A stretch of 64,000 nucleotides of DNA from Octopus bimaculoides (lineage: Eukaryota). The notes under the pieces are model-generated. The model had not been told where the DNA came from and made no database searches. It worked only from the letters and a program-made list of their open reading frames with translations. The position numbers were made by a program, and so were the translations under genes. Shown one piece after another: positions 24,725 to 36,399 of this stretch; the first letter of the stretch is position 1, and each line of letters starts with the position of its first letter. The stretch lies in assembly GCF_001194135.2 (NCBI RefSeq), contig NC_068985.1, positions 41,391,808-41,455,807 on the forward strand. The letters are read 5' to 3'.

Positions 24725-25967
24725 TTAGGTTGTTCCGAAAATAATTTGCCGATTTCAGAAACAATTTTATTCTGGAAAAATTAACAATAGAAATGTTTTG
24801 ATTAGTGAAAGTATGAACTGTGAACATCTATGCATCTCTGCCATTGATCAATGAGATTATTTATGCCTCGTTGATAAAAACTTATTGCCTTTGTTGCTAA
24901 GAAATCTTTGAAAGATGATTCCACCTCTGGTTTAGACCTGAAAGTTTTATCACTTAAAATTGTGTTTAAATGCTTTAAAAAATGGTAGTCAGTGGGTGAA
25001 AGCTCAGGAGAATATGGAGGATGTGGTAAAGTCTCGTATCCCAAGTCTGTGAGTTACTGCAACATCATTCTTGCAACATGTGGATTTTCATTATCGTGGA
25101 GCAGAGTTGGGCCACACCTCACCAATGCAGGCCTCATTTTTTGCAAGTGAGCATGCATTTCACCGCGTTGATTGCAGCAAACCTCTGCTGTAATGCTCTG
25201 ATTGGCTTCCAGAAAGCTGTAATGGACAACACTAATTGCAGACCACCAGACAGTCACCATAATCTTTTGCTGAAGCAACTTTGGCTTTTGGAAATATTTG
25301 GGGGACTCATCACGATCAAGCCATTGACCTGATCGTTTATGGTTATCATAAAGGATCCACTTTTCGTCACAAGTGACTATTCGGTCAGATTAGGATCATT
25401 GGTGTTTCACAGAAAAAGCATCGAGCACACTTCAAAACACCGAACTTTTTGATTTTCCTTGAGCTCATGCTGTACCCATTTTTCGAGCTTTTTCACCTTA
25501 CCAATCTTCCGCAGATTGCATGAGACCGTCACAATACCGACACCAAGTGCCTGGAATATTTCTCTGACACTTTGACGTGGGTTTTGTTCAACAATTGCTT
25601 TCAGTTGTTCATTGTCAAGACTGCAGGACCGTCCTCTACCTTCTTCATCTTCAAGGCTCTCATCATCACTACGGAATTTCTGAAACCACCTTCGTACTGT
25701 TGATAGAGGCAGTAGTTTGGGAAGCATTGTGCCAAAGCTTGAACTCATACAAGAAAAGTAAGAGAAGGTCTTTTTTTAAATGTTCATATTTAAGGGCGCC
25801 TATGCTTCAAGAATGTTTTCTATCTGAAATAAGTAGAAAATTATTAAAGAGCATACATCAACTATTAAGTATGTCGAAATTCACCTAAAATATAATTAAA
25901 ATACTATGATAAAATTGCGTTTCAAAACACAACACTTAGAGCGGCCATTATTTTCGGAACAACCTAA
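24725..25967 (-). mobile_element. mariner transposon (cecropia/Hsmar1-like), full length with TIRs, inactive
   Basis: TIRs TTAGGTTGTTCCGAAAATAAT at both ends with TA TSD. VRRWFQKFR..DESLEDEEG.GR, KKLEKWV.HEL, KIMVTVWWS, LLHDN and HPPYSPELSPTDYH motifs are split by frameshifts. Confidence 0.95.
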
Positions 25968-26064
25968 TATATATATCTAAAACAATGACAGTATAAATAA
26001 AATATTATCTATCTTACATGTTACTGAAAACCGCGTGCAATTTTGAGGGAAAATAAGACTATAG

Positions 26065-26292
26065 TAGAATTTAACTTGTTACAATAGGCACAGTGTCTGA
26101 AAGTCATGGGGAGGGAGCTAGTCGGTTATATGGACCTCAGTAATCAACTGGAACTCATTGCATGGAAATCGAAAGAATGAAAGGCAAAGTCGATCTCGGT
26201 AGAATTTGAACTCGGAACTTAAATATGGGCGAAATCTTGCCAAGCATTTTACTCCGGCATACTAATGATTCTACCAGCTCGTCACCTTTAGG
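26065..26292 (-). mobile_element. SINE-B, diverged
   Basis: GAATGAAAGGCAAAGTCGATCTCGGTAGAATTTGAACTC body, with head and tail recognisable. Confidence 0.8.
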
Positions 26293-26299
26293 GAATTTA

Positions 26300-27175
26300 A
26301 TAACGGTAGCATTCCAACTTAGAATACATGCCCAAAGAAGTCGCACGACTCTACAGCAAAGTATCATCAGAAAAAAGGATGGGCCTATATAAGCAGAAAA
26401 CTATGCATGTATATGTTAGCAGAAATCTCCGAGATGGTAGTAATATTGATCATCAAAGCAGTCTATCAGGAACCAATAGCCGGATTGCTATCTCCCACTT
26501 TAAAGGGTATACGTTTGCGATCCAGGAACAAGAAATATCAACCAGATACCTGATGCACAAAAGGGATAGAGATGCAGGAAAAACAGTAAAATGTGACAAC
26601 CGATGCAGACGTCGTGGAGTTAACACCGGAGATATCACCCACACCACGAGTTGTCCGAAAATGTCATCACCGTTTATCTACCGATGAGACATGGTGTAGC
26701 TAGGACACTCTATAATGAAATCCGTCGGAAGGATAACCCCGAGGACAAAGAAATAAGAACCCACAGTGTGGTAGAAGCCATAACCACTCATAATAAAAGG
26801 GAGTACTGGTGTAATGTCCCAGTGCAGACATCAATAAAATGTAAGCACAACAGAACTGATACGATGATTTGAGATGAAGAAGTGAAACCGTACATTTGTG
26901 GGAATCAGATGCCCAGCGGATGTTAACATAAAGCTGAAGATCAGTGTAAAAGAGAATACTTACGTTGAATTGTTCAGAAACCTGTAGTTACTCTATCCAG
27001 ATTACAAGTTCAGGTTTATACCTGTAATTATTGGAGTCCTGGGATATATAACACACTGCCTAAATACCAATCTTGAGAAATTAGGCTTCTCAAAACCAGA
27101 AAGGAGAAAGCTAATTCGAAGACTACAGATCCATCACTGGAACTGTAAAAATCTGTAAAACTTTCCAGAATGTAT
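26300..27175 (+). mobile_element. R4/Dong-like (RLE-type) non-LTR retrotransposon, 3' fragment
   Basis: YTFAIQEQEI.T, CDNRCR zinc-knuckle region, YLPMRH, HNRTD (RLE PD motif), SCPADVN and FIPVIIGVLG. Followed by a (TACA)n tail. Confidence 0.85.
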
Positions 27176-27229
27176 ATGAGCATGTCTAGATATGCAACTA
27201 TATCCATAAGAATACATACATAAAGCAAA

Positions 27230-27620
27230 ACATACAAATCTGCACATATACATACATACATACACACATACATACATACATACATACAAAAATACCCTGT
27301 TGTTGATGTTGAAATTCCAATGAAGGAGCCTTGGATCCAGGTTAGAAACCGGCTCTTTCTCTATTGGCAACAAATCTAGAAATAAGAACAATGACATACA
27401 TACAGACATATTCATACATGCATACATACATACATACATACATACATACATACGTACATACACACACGTACATACATACATGCATACATACATACATACA
27501 TACATACATACATACATACGTACGTACATACACACACGTACATACATACATGCATACATTCATACATACATACATACATACATACATGCATACATGCATG
27601 CATGCATACATATATACATA
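27230..27620. repeat. (TACA)n microsatellite blocks
   Basis: Visible tandem runs. Confidence 0.9.
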
Positions 27621-27979
27621 TATATGCGTATGCTAGTAGCAGCGTTGTCCGGTTCATAAACAAATGTAACACCTGAGCAAAACGTTTTAGCTTCTCTCCA
27701 CCTGGTTTCTGTTTAGCTTACAAAAGGAGGAATTAGAGAAAGAATGATTACGGGAGGAAATATCTGTGTAATGTTTAAAAGTCTGATGGTGTATCTCAGA
27801 CTATCCATTGTGAATGATACTATGGGGAGGAAGAAATGGCAGCATATCTATCACACTAAATTTGAACTTGTTTATAAAACGTAAGTAGAAAGCTGAAACA
27901 ATATCTTCAATTAAAAACAATATAAATCAATAAAACAGTATTAAATACTGGCTGCACGTGCAAAGGAAATTGATATATG

Positions 27980-28348
27980 ATATTAGGAAAATAGAAAAGG
28001 AGTCATGATATAATGACTGTGTTAGCACGCCGGGCAAAATGCTTAGCGGTTTTTCGGGGTCGAGCTAATCGACTGCACCCCCCCCCCACCAAAAAAAAAT
28101 CGGGCCTTGTGCCTAGAGTAGAAATGGATATTAGGAAAATAGAAAAGGAGTCATGATATAAGAACAGTGTTAGCACGCCGGGCGAAATGCTTAGCGGTAT
28201 TTCGTCTGTCTTTACGTTCTGAGTTCAAATTCCGCTGAGGTCGACTTTTCCTTTCATCCTTTCGGGGTCATTAAATTAAGTACCAGATGCATACTGGAGT
28301 CAATCTAATCGACACAAATTTCGGGCCTTGTGCCTAGAGTAGAAAAGG
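27980..28348 (+). mobile_element. two tandem 5'-clipped SINE-B copies, each preceded by the same ~35-bp flank; first copy internally deleted
   Basis: GATATTAGGAAAATAGAAAAGGAGTCATGATATAA occurs twice, each time followed by GTGTTAGCACGCCGGGC. Confidence 0.85.
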
Positions 28349-29017
28349 ATATAATAACTATGTATAAAACATGCAGTAGGTTTGGTGTCTTCATTAAGCT
28401 GGGTTCTTTTCAGTTGTATAATGAATGAAATTTCGGCTTTAAATCTAACGCTGGCTTAGGTTCCATAAATGTATTTTGTGATGTAAGTAATGTGACGTAC
28501 AATGGATATAGCTATAGTTTCGTTACGTGTTGGAAATTTTTTTTACGTTTAAGAAAATGAAAACCTCATCATTTTAACATCATCATGATTCCCGATTCTT
28601 TATCTCTTGACTTAGATTGATTGATTTGATACAGTTGATGTTCGACTCGGACATCGGTAAACTGATGTCTGCATATATTAAAAGAAACAAAACATAGGTA
28701 GAACAAGCCAGCAACAGAACTTCTACGTTAAAAATCACACCCGACCTGTCTTTTTTTTGTTCTTTTTTTGTAAATGAGGAAGTGACGCATTAGGTAACGT
28801 CTTTCATATACCTAAAAAGATAAGAGATGATCAGAGATAACTGAGTGTAGAAACGACTTGAATATGGCAGCCGTGTTCCATTTTGTGTGTTAGTTAAGAC
28901 TAGAACGGAATTCATCAGCTGATCAAAGTCTAAAGTATTATTTTCTGGCCCTGAAGAAGAGCCAGTCATTGGAATTCAGTATTTGATGTGGGATTGCCAT
29001 GAGCAATAATTCTATCT

Positions 29018-29533
29018 ACTATAGGCACAAGGCCTGGTCTTGTGTGATAGGAAGCTAGTTGATTACCCCATTGCTCAACTGGTACTTTATCGACCTCCAA
29101 AGGGACGAAAGCAAAGTTGACCTCGGCGGAATTTGAACTCAGAATGTCAAGCATGCTGCTAAAAATTTTTGTCCCACGTGCTAACCATCCTGCCAGTACG
29201 TTTTCTATGTGTATATGTATTCTTTTACTGGTGCTTTTGTTTCTGAATCTTCATATATTTGTAATAGTACAGTTTTTAATTTTGTTAACTCTGTGTTTCA
29301 GAAATTGATATCGATTTCCAATTTTGGCACAATGTCAGCAGGTTTTGTGGGGGAGGGGTTAAGTCAATTACATCGACCCCAGTGTTCAACTGGTACTTAT
29401 TTTATCGACCCCGCAAGGATGAAAGCAAAATCGACCTCAGCGGCATTTGAACTCAGAACGTAAAGTCGGACGAAATGCTGCTAAGCATTTTGTCCAGTGT
29501 GTTAACGATTCTGCCAGATCAATGCATTAATAG
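29018..29533 (-). mobile_element. two SINE-B copies (29018-29195; 29315-29520 with TSD ATTGATATCGA)
   Basis: Body matches the other copies; 11-bp direct repeat at 29304-29314 and 29534-29544. Confidence 0.88.
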
Positions 29534-30094
29534 ATTGATATCGAGATGTTTTTTTACTTTGCCTTCGAAACACACGCACGCACACACACNNNNNNNNNNN
29601 NNNNNNNNNNNNNNNNNNNNNNNNNNNNNNNNNNNNNNNNNNNNNNNNNNNNNNNNNNNNNNNNNNNNNNNNNNNNNNNNNNNNNNNNNNNNNNNNNNNN
29701 NNNNNNNNNNNNNNNNNNNNNNNNNNNNNNNNNNNNNNNNNNNNNNNNNNNNNNNNNNNNNNNNNNNNNNNNNNNNNNNNNNNNNNNNNNNNNNNNNNNN
29801 NNNNNNNNNNNNNNNNNNNNNNNNNNNNNNNNNNNNNNNNNNNNNNNNNNNNNNNNNNNNNNNNNNNNNNNNNNNNNNNNNNNNNNNNNNNNNNNNNNNN
29901 NNNNNNNNNNNNNNNNNNNNNNNNNNNNNNNNNNNNNNNNNNNNNNNNNNNNNNNNNNNNNNNNNNNNNNNNNNNNNNNNNNNNNNNNNNNNNNNNNNNN
30001 NNNNNNNNNNNNNNNNNNNNNNNNNNNNNNNNNNNNNNNNNNNNNNNNNNNNNNNNNNNNNNNNNNNNNNNNNNNNNNNNNNNNNNNNNNNNNA

Positions 30095-30149
30095 CTGCCC
30101 CCACACGCCGCCAAAAATTTCGGGCCTTGAGCCTAGAGTAGAAAAGAAT
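30095..30149 (+). mobile_element. SINE-B 3' end emerging from a gap
   Basis: CCAAAAATTTCGGGCCTTGAGCCTAGAGTAGAAAAGAAT tail. Confidence 0.8.
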
Positions 30150-30168
30150 ATTTCTCCTGTTTAGTCGG

Positions 30169-30240
30169 TCCTCGGCAGTATAATGGGAAGTATCCTCGCC
30201 TGTCACGCAGGAGACCGGAGTTCGATTCCCCGCCGAAGAG
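30169..30240 (+). tRNA. tRNA-Asp-GTC: tRNA-Asp(GTC), probably a pseudogene or retrocopy
   Basis: 72-nt TCCTCGGCAGTATAATGGGAAGTATCCTCGCCTGTCACGCAGGAGACCGGAGTTCGATTCCCCGCCGAAGAG aligns to the eukaryotic tRNA-Asp consensus, with anticodon loop CTGTCAC and T-loop TTCGATT. There is one mismatch each in the acceptor, anticodon and T stems. Confidence 0.85.
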
Positions 30241-30258
30241 GCGTTTATACTGTTTTAA

Positions 30259-30480
30259 AGAGGGGTGAGCTGGCAGAATCGTTACCGTACCGGGCGAAAT
30301 GCTTAACAGCATTTTATCCGTCTTTACGTCCTGCGTTCAAATTCTGCCGTGGTCAACTTTTCCTTTCATCCTTTCGGGGGTCGATAAAATAAGTACCAGC
30401 TGAATGAATTCTGCAATCGATCTAATCGACTTATCCCCTCCCCCAAAATTGCTGGCCTTGTGCCAGAATTTGTAACCAAT
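30259..30480 (+). mobile_element. SINE-B, full length
   Basis: GGGGTGAGCTGGCAGAATCGTTA head through the GCCAGAATTTGTAACCAAT tail. Confidence 0.92.
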
Positions 30481-30867
30481 ATTTCTCCTGTTTGTGTAAA
30501 ACTGTCATACATATACACACACATATTTATTCATACATACATATATATACATGTATATGTTTATGTGCGTGCCTAGGCGTAGTAACTGAGATGGTAAACC
30601 CATACTTAAAGTTCCGTGCAGCACGTAACTTTTAGTACGGTTTTATAATCTCGGTACCCAATATTGCTAATCCTGCTCCTAATATACGAGTATATTGATT
30701 ACCTTTACGATTTTGCATTACACACATATACACACGTACGCGCGCACGCATATACATGAACGCACGATTGCGCGCGCGCACTCTACGTCTGTGTAGTTGT
30801 ATGCATGAATTTGCGTTAACGTTTTCTTTACTACGTGTATGCGTTTGTGTCCAAGTGTGCTTCAGTA

Positions 30868-30912
<45 letters not shown>

Positions 30913-30941
30913 AGAAACGAAAGATAGACAGGCAGACTAAC

Positions 30942-30995
<54 letters not shown>

Positions 30996-31267
30996 GTAAC
31001 TAGATAGATAGCTAAATTAGTATGCAGATAGAAAGATTTATGTTTACTTGTCATGCATATCAAGGATTATATTAATTTGCGTTTTTGTTTAGATAGTTGA
31101 ATCCGATTTGAGAGAGTTTTGACTGCTATTTCTAGAGGAGAGAAAAGCAAAGTAAAGCCCAGAACAAATTAGAGCGTAAAAGGAACGGCACTAAATAAAG
31201 TCCCAAATAGACAACAACAGCAACATTAACAACACTCAAAGAAAAGAGACAATAAAGAAGCCTTAGT

Positions 31268-31840
31268 CAGTGGTTCTCAATCGGGGTCCATATGGTCCCT
31301 AAGGGTCCATATAAGATTTTAGGGGACAACAAAATAGTAAATTGGGAATCTACAATAGCATTTTAAGAGCCCCTGAATAATTTTTGCTTTAGATCAGGGA
31401 TTCTCAACCATTTTTTTTTATCTATGGACCCCTTTGATTACTATTTTATTCTGCTGGAGCCCTATAGCCATTTGATGTTTAAAAACATTTGATGTTTATA
31501 GAAATTTCTTTCAAAATTCCTATTTTGTTTTTCACACATTAACTTGTGTAGGTTGAACTATGTAAAATGTTGGAGAAAGAAACCTAGCTGTTCTTTTTTT
31601 TTTAATACATACCACTACATACATCTAAAGCAAAATGTTTTTCAAGGCCCTTAAAACGCTATTGGATCCCAAATNNNNNNNNNNNNNNNNNNNNNNNNNN
31701 NNNNNNNNNNNNNNNNNNNNNNNNNNNNNNNNNNNNNNNNNNNNNNNNNNNNNNNNNNNNNNNNNNNNNNNNNNNNNNNNNNNNNNNNNNNNNNNNNNNN
31801 NNNNNNNNNNNNTATGTATTGATATTTATTACAACAGCTG
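31268..31840. mobile_element. hAT MITE nested in an inverted copy of the same MITE family
   Basis: Outer copy TIR CAGTGGTTCTCAA at 31268 is the reverse of the 3' end of 12053-12408. Inner copy starts CAGGGATTCTCAA at 31395. Sequence resembling the outer copy resumes after the gap at 31813. Confidence 0.75.
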
Positions 31841-31854
31841 TAATATAATTCATT

Positions 31855-31945
31855 TTTGTTTTTCTTTTTACTTGTTGCAGTCATTAGACTGCGGCCAAGC
31901 TGGAGCACCGCCTTGAAGAATTTGTAGTCCAATGTATCGTCCCCA
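31855..31945 (-). mobile_element. SINE family A, 3' end fragment
   Basis: TTTTACTTGTTGCAGTCATTAGACTGCGGCCAAGCTGGAGCACCGCC matches the A tail. Confidence 0.75.
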
Positions 31946-31974
31946 GAATCTTTTTTAGGTGATTTTCAACCAGC

Positions 31975-32815
31975 ATCACCACCACCACCACTACCACCAT
32001 CACCACCACAACCGCCACCACCCCTATCATCACAACCATCACCACTACCATCACTATCATTACCACCACCACCACCACCACCACCACCACTGTCACTACC
32101 ACCACCACCATCATCACTACTCCCACGACTACATACTAGCACCACCACCATCAACACTACTATCATCACCACCTCGCCACTCCTGCTAATACCATCACCC
32201 CCACTACCCCACTACCACGTACTACCACCACCACTATTACTACAATCAGCTTCATCACTATTACTTACGATCACATGCTACTACCACCATCGCCACCACT
32301 ACCATCATAATCTCAAGTTCCAACGACCCCCAGCACCACCACCACCACCATCACCACCGCCACATGCTAGTAGCACCACTATTACTGTCACCACAATCAC
32401 CATCACTACAAAAACCATCACCACAACCAATATCACCTCAACAACCATCATCAAACCACCACCATGATCACCACAGCCACCACCACCACCACAACAATCA
32501 CCAAACCACCACCACAATTATCATAACAGCCTTCACCACAACTACCATCACCACCACCACCACCACCACCATCAGCATTATCGCCACCACAACCACAATC
32601 ATCGCCACCATCATCGCAACAACCATCACTACAACAACCACCACTTCCACCACAATCACCATCACCACAACCACTTCCACCACAATCCCCATCACCACAA
32701 CCACCATCACCACGATCACCACCGTCACCACAGCCACCACCATCACCACAGCCACCACCATCACCACAGCCACCACCACTACCAACAACAACACCATCAA
32801 CACCTACAACAGTTG
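31975..32815. repeat. degenerate (ACC)/(ATC) low-complexity tract
   Basis: Visible runs; source of the poly-His/Thr/Val/Gly ORFs. Confidence 0.9.
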
Positions 32816-33249
32816 TACGAACAATGAGTACTGGTCGTGCAGCAGCTGGGTGTAAGAAATTGTTTTGCCCACAATAAAAACAAGAATGGAAAACCACTCA
32901 AGGGTGTGGGTCAATCGGTCAGTTGGTCAGTTGGTCACGTTGCAAAAGACTAATTGCTTTTTTATTTTATTTTTTTTCCCTCGTCTAAATATATAAGAAA
33001 CAACACAGACACCAAGTATATATTCAATTCTTGAAACTGAGATTGTGAAGGTCTGGAAACGTCGAATATGAATTTAGAAACTTTATTGTTCCAAACTAAT
33101 TGTGAAAAAGAAAAACTAAGAAAATACAAAAAATATAAAAAAACCAAAAGGATAAAACTTGAACACAATCGCCTATTTAATGAAATATGTATAAAAGAAA
33201 TGTTGTTCTTTCTCCTGTATATAAACACCCACACATACATACATAATAC

Positions 33250-33790
33250 ATGATGATTGCCACTTCTTTATAGAAGAAGGCCATTTTATATGACTAGCAA
33301 GTCCTGCTCTTGACAAACAAACTCTACTGCAGATTTTACAAATAATTTTAAGTAGGAAAGTGTCTGGGATTGTAGTTAAATCCTGTCCCCAAAGTGCACG
33401 TTTTAAGATAGATTGTTTAATTTTTCGAGCTTCAAATGCTTTACATCTATTGTAGATAATTTGTTTCCGAACCGATCGATCTTGCGTCATCTGGTCTCAG
33501 TCTTCAACTTTCACATTAAGAGCCTTTTGACAGCATCCCTAAAACGTTTCTTAGATTTATGTCTCGGGGCGTTTGCCACGTTGCAACTCCCCGTAAAACA
33601 ACTGCTTTGGCAACCTGTCATCCTGCATTCTAGCAAGGTGCCCAATCCAACACATCTGATTGCGTATGAGGATAATTTCAATACTGGATGTGTTAGCTTG
33701 CTGAAGAACAACGGCGTCCGGTGTTAAAGACTTCCATTTGATGTCTAGTATCCTCCTTAGGCAAGTCTGATGGAATCTTTCTAATACATA
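33250..33790 (-). mobile_element. RTE-clade LINE, 3' ORF fragment
   Basis: LERFHQTCLRRIL.IKW, WIGHLARMQDDRLPKQLFYGEL..GKR and a C-terminal C..C.RVCLSRAGL.SH zinc finger are typical of RTE/BovB-like elements. Confidence 0.9.
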
Positions 33791-33799
33791 TCTACCCAC

Positions 33800-33848
<49 letters not shown>

Positions 33849-34689
33849 NNNNNNNNNNNNNNNNNNNNNNNNNNNNNNNNNNNNNNNNNNNNNNNNNNNN
33901 NNNNNNNNNNNNNNNNNNNNNNNNNNNNNNNNNNNNNNNNNNNNNNNNNNNNNNNNNNNNNNNNNNNNNNNNNNNNNNNNNNNNNNNNNNNNNNNNNNNN
34001 NNNNNNNNNNNNNNNNNNNNNNNNNNNNNNNNNNNNNNNNNNNNNNNNNNNNNNNNNNNNNNNNNNNNNNNNNNNNNNNNNNNNNNNNNNNNNNNNNNNN
34101 NNNNNNNNNNNNNNNNNNNNNNNNNNNNNNNNNNNNNNNNNNNNNNNNNNNNNNNNNNNNNNNNNNNNNNNNNNNNNNNNNNNNNNNNNNNNNNNNNNNN
34201 NNNNNNNNNNNNNNNNNNNNNNNNNNNNNNNNNNNNNNNNNNNNNNNNNNNNNNNNNNNNNNNNNNNNNNNNNNNNNNNNNNNNNNNNNNNNNNNNNNNN
34301 NNNNNNNNNNNNNNNNNNNNNNNNNNNNNNNNNNNNNNNNNNNNNNNNNNNNNNNNNNNNNNNNNNNNNNNNNNNNNNNNNNNNNNNNNNNNNNNNNNNN
34401 NNNNNNNNNNNNNNNNNNNNNNNNNNNNNNNNNNNNNNNNNNNNNNNNNNNNNNNNNNNNNNNNNNNNNNNNNNNNNNNNNNNNNNNNNNNNNNNNNNNN
34501 NNNNNNNNNNNNNNNNNNNNNNNNNNNNNNNNNNNNNNNNNNNNNNNNNNNNNNNNNNNNNNNNNNNNNNNNNNNNNNNNNNNNNNNNNNNNNNNNNNNN
34601 NNNNNNNNNNNNNNNNNNNNNNNNNNNNNNNNNNNNNNNNNNNNNNNNNNNNNNNNNNNNNNNNNNNNNNNNNNNNNNNNNNNNNNNNN

Positions 34690-34960
34690 AGGGTTTGAGA
34701 GGCAAACATTATTCCAATGACGAGGAAGTGAAAACTAGTGAAGAAGTGGCTCAAAGAACAGTCAACAGAATTTTACGGGGCAGGGATACATGCCGTCATT
34801 CGAAGGTGCAACATTGCTATTGAGAGAAAAGGTCACTATGTTGAGAAGTAGGAATGTGATCCACAGAGGACCAGCTTCATTTTGATGCATGATACATGTT
34901 CCTGTGTTGGTAATTATAAGTGTCCTAAACAAAATGGCATTACTTTTTGACTCATCCTCG
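34690..34960 (+). mobile_element. mariner 3' end with TIR
   Basis: LRGKHYSNDEEVK..V.KWL...FY..GI..V..RC..........YVEK*, followed by a TIR ending TTACTTTTTGACTCATCCTCG and TA. Confidence 0.85.
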
Positions 34961-34999
34961 TAGAAACCACCCTCAGTAAAATACAGAATCCTCTAAGCG

Positions 35000-36140
35000 C
35001 ATTAGACTCAAAAACAAAGAAGCTTAGCAAACTTTACAAATGAAATATTGCTCTACCTACACAAGAAGATAAGTTTACCAATTTATCAATACATACACTC
35101 AGCATTAGCCAAAACACACGCCTCAGCCTTGGTGTCATCTTCTACATATAACCTAAATGCGATCAATACAAGACAGAAGTTGAGATCACATTACTGTGTC
35201 AAAATATAAAATACCCTAAAGGATAAAAACATCACAAACATTGACGACAAAATTGAAGACCTAATGTTTACTGAATGTAATAAAAATAGAATCCTACAAA
35301 ATAACAAACAAGTACTAAGTAAAAATAAAGCTCTTGCTAACGCCTCCCAAAATAACGACGACATCATAATTTGTGGAGGTGACAAAAGTAATATGTTTGT
35401 AATCATGGATAGAGACAACTACAATACAAAAATTAATAATTTACTCAGACAAAAATAAAGTCACAACGCTGATTAAAGATAAGAGCTAAAAGGGAAATTT
35501 AAAAAAAATATTAGCTACTGCGATAATTGCACAAATAGAGTCACCTTATTTCCTTGCATTGAAGGCGAATTCTTCCCAACACGCACGGACACACACACAC
35601 GCGCGCGCGTGCGCGCGCGGCATACAAACAAAACAACCCCGACAGAACCATGATATACCTACACATTTAATCACCAAACAAATAGGCAGCATTATCAAAG
35701 AATATAATACCAGAGAAATATAGTATAAGGTCATCGGAGGGATTTTTACAGATCTTAGAAGAAACCAATACAATAGACACCATGTCCACATTAAATGCAG
35801 AAAGTTTCACTAACGTCACAGCGGTAAAAACGATAGAAATCATTACAGAAAATAATTATAAACACACAAAAATAAGGCTACACGCGATATCAGTAAACTT
35901 ATTGTAAAAACAAACAAAAGATCTTATGATGTTCGTAACTGAAGTACCTTTTCGCTGTCCACAACGTGATTTTAATAAAAGGATGGAATGGATATAGGTT
36001 TCCTCTTAGGACCTACGTTTTCGGTATTCTGCTTATCCACAATAGGGAACAGAATAATATGCGCACCAAGCACTTACAACTAAGAGTTGTTACAAAACAT
36101 CATATACACCAAAAACAAAATTACATGAAAAAATACAAGA
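35000..36140 (+). mobile_element. Penelope-like element, decayed RT fragment
   Basis: IIICGGDKSNMFVIMDRDNYNTKI (ADKG motif region), TLNAES.FTNV (SLDVxSLFTNV) and G.PLGPTF remnants, with many frameshifts. Confidence 0.75.
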
Positions 36141-36154
36141 GAACATTCTCTTCT

Positions 36155-36367
36155 GTTCTAAGCACCAGGTCCGAAATTTTGAGGGAGAGGGCCAATCGAT
36201 TAGATCGACCCCAGTACGCAACTGGTACTTAATTTATAGACCCCGATAGGATGAAAAGCAAAGTCGACCTCAGCTGAATTTGAACTCAGTATGTAAAGAC
36301 AGACGAAATACCGCTAAACATTTCGCCCGGCGTGCTAACGTTTCGGCCAGCTCGCCGNNNNNNNNNN

Positions 36368-36399
<32 letters not shown>

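Noticed and set aside
33270-33345. Host C2H2 zinc-finger exon (octopus has an expanded ZNF family)
   Set aside because: The single finger is contiguous with the RTE LINE C-terminus and lacks TGEKP linkers or tandem fingers.
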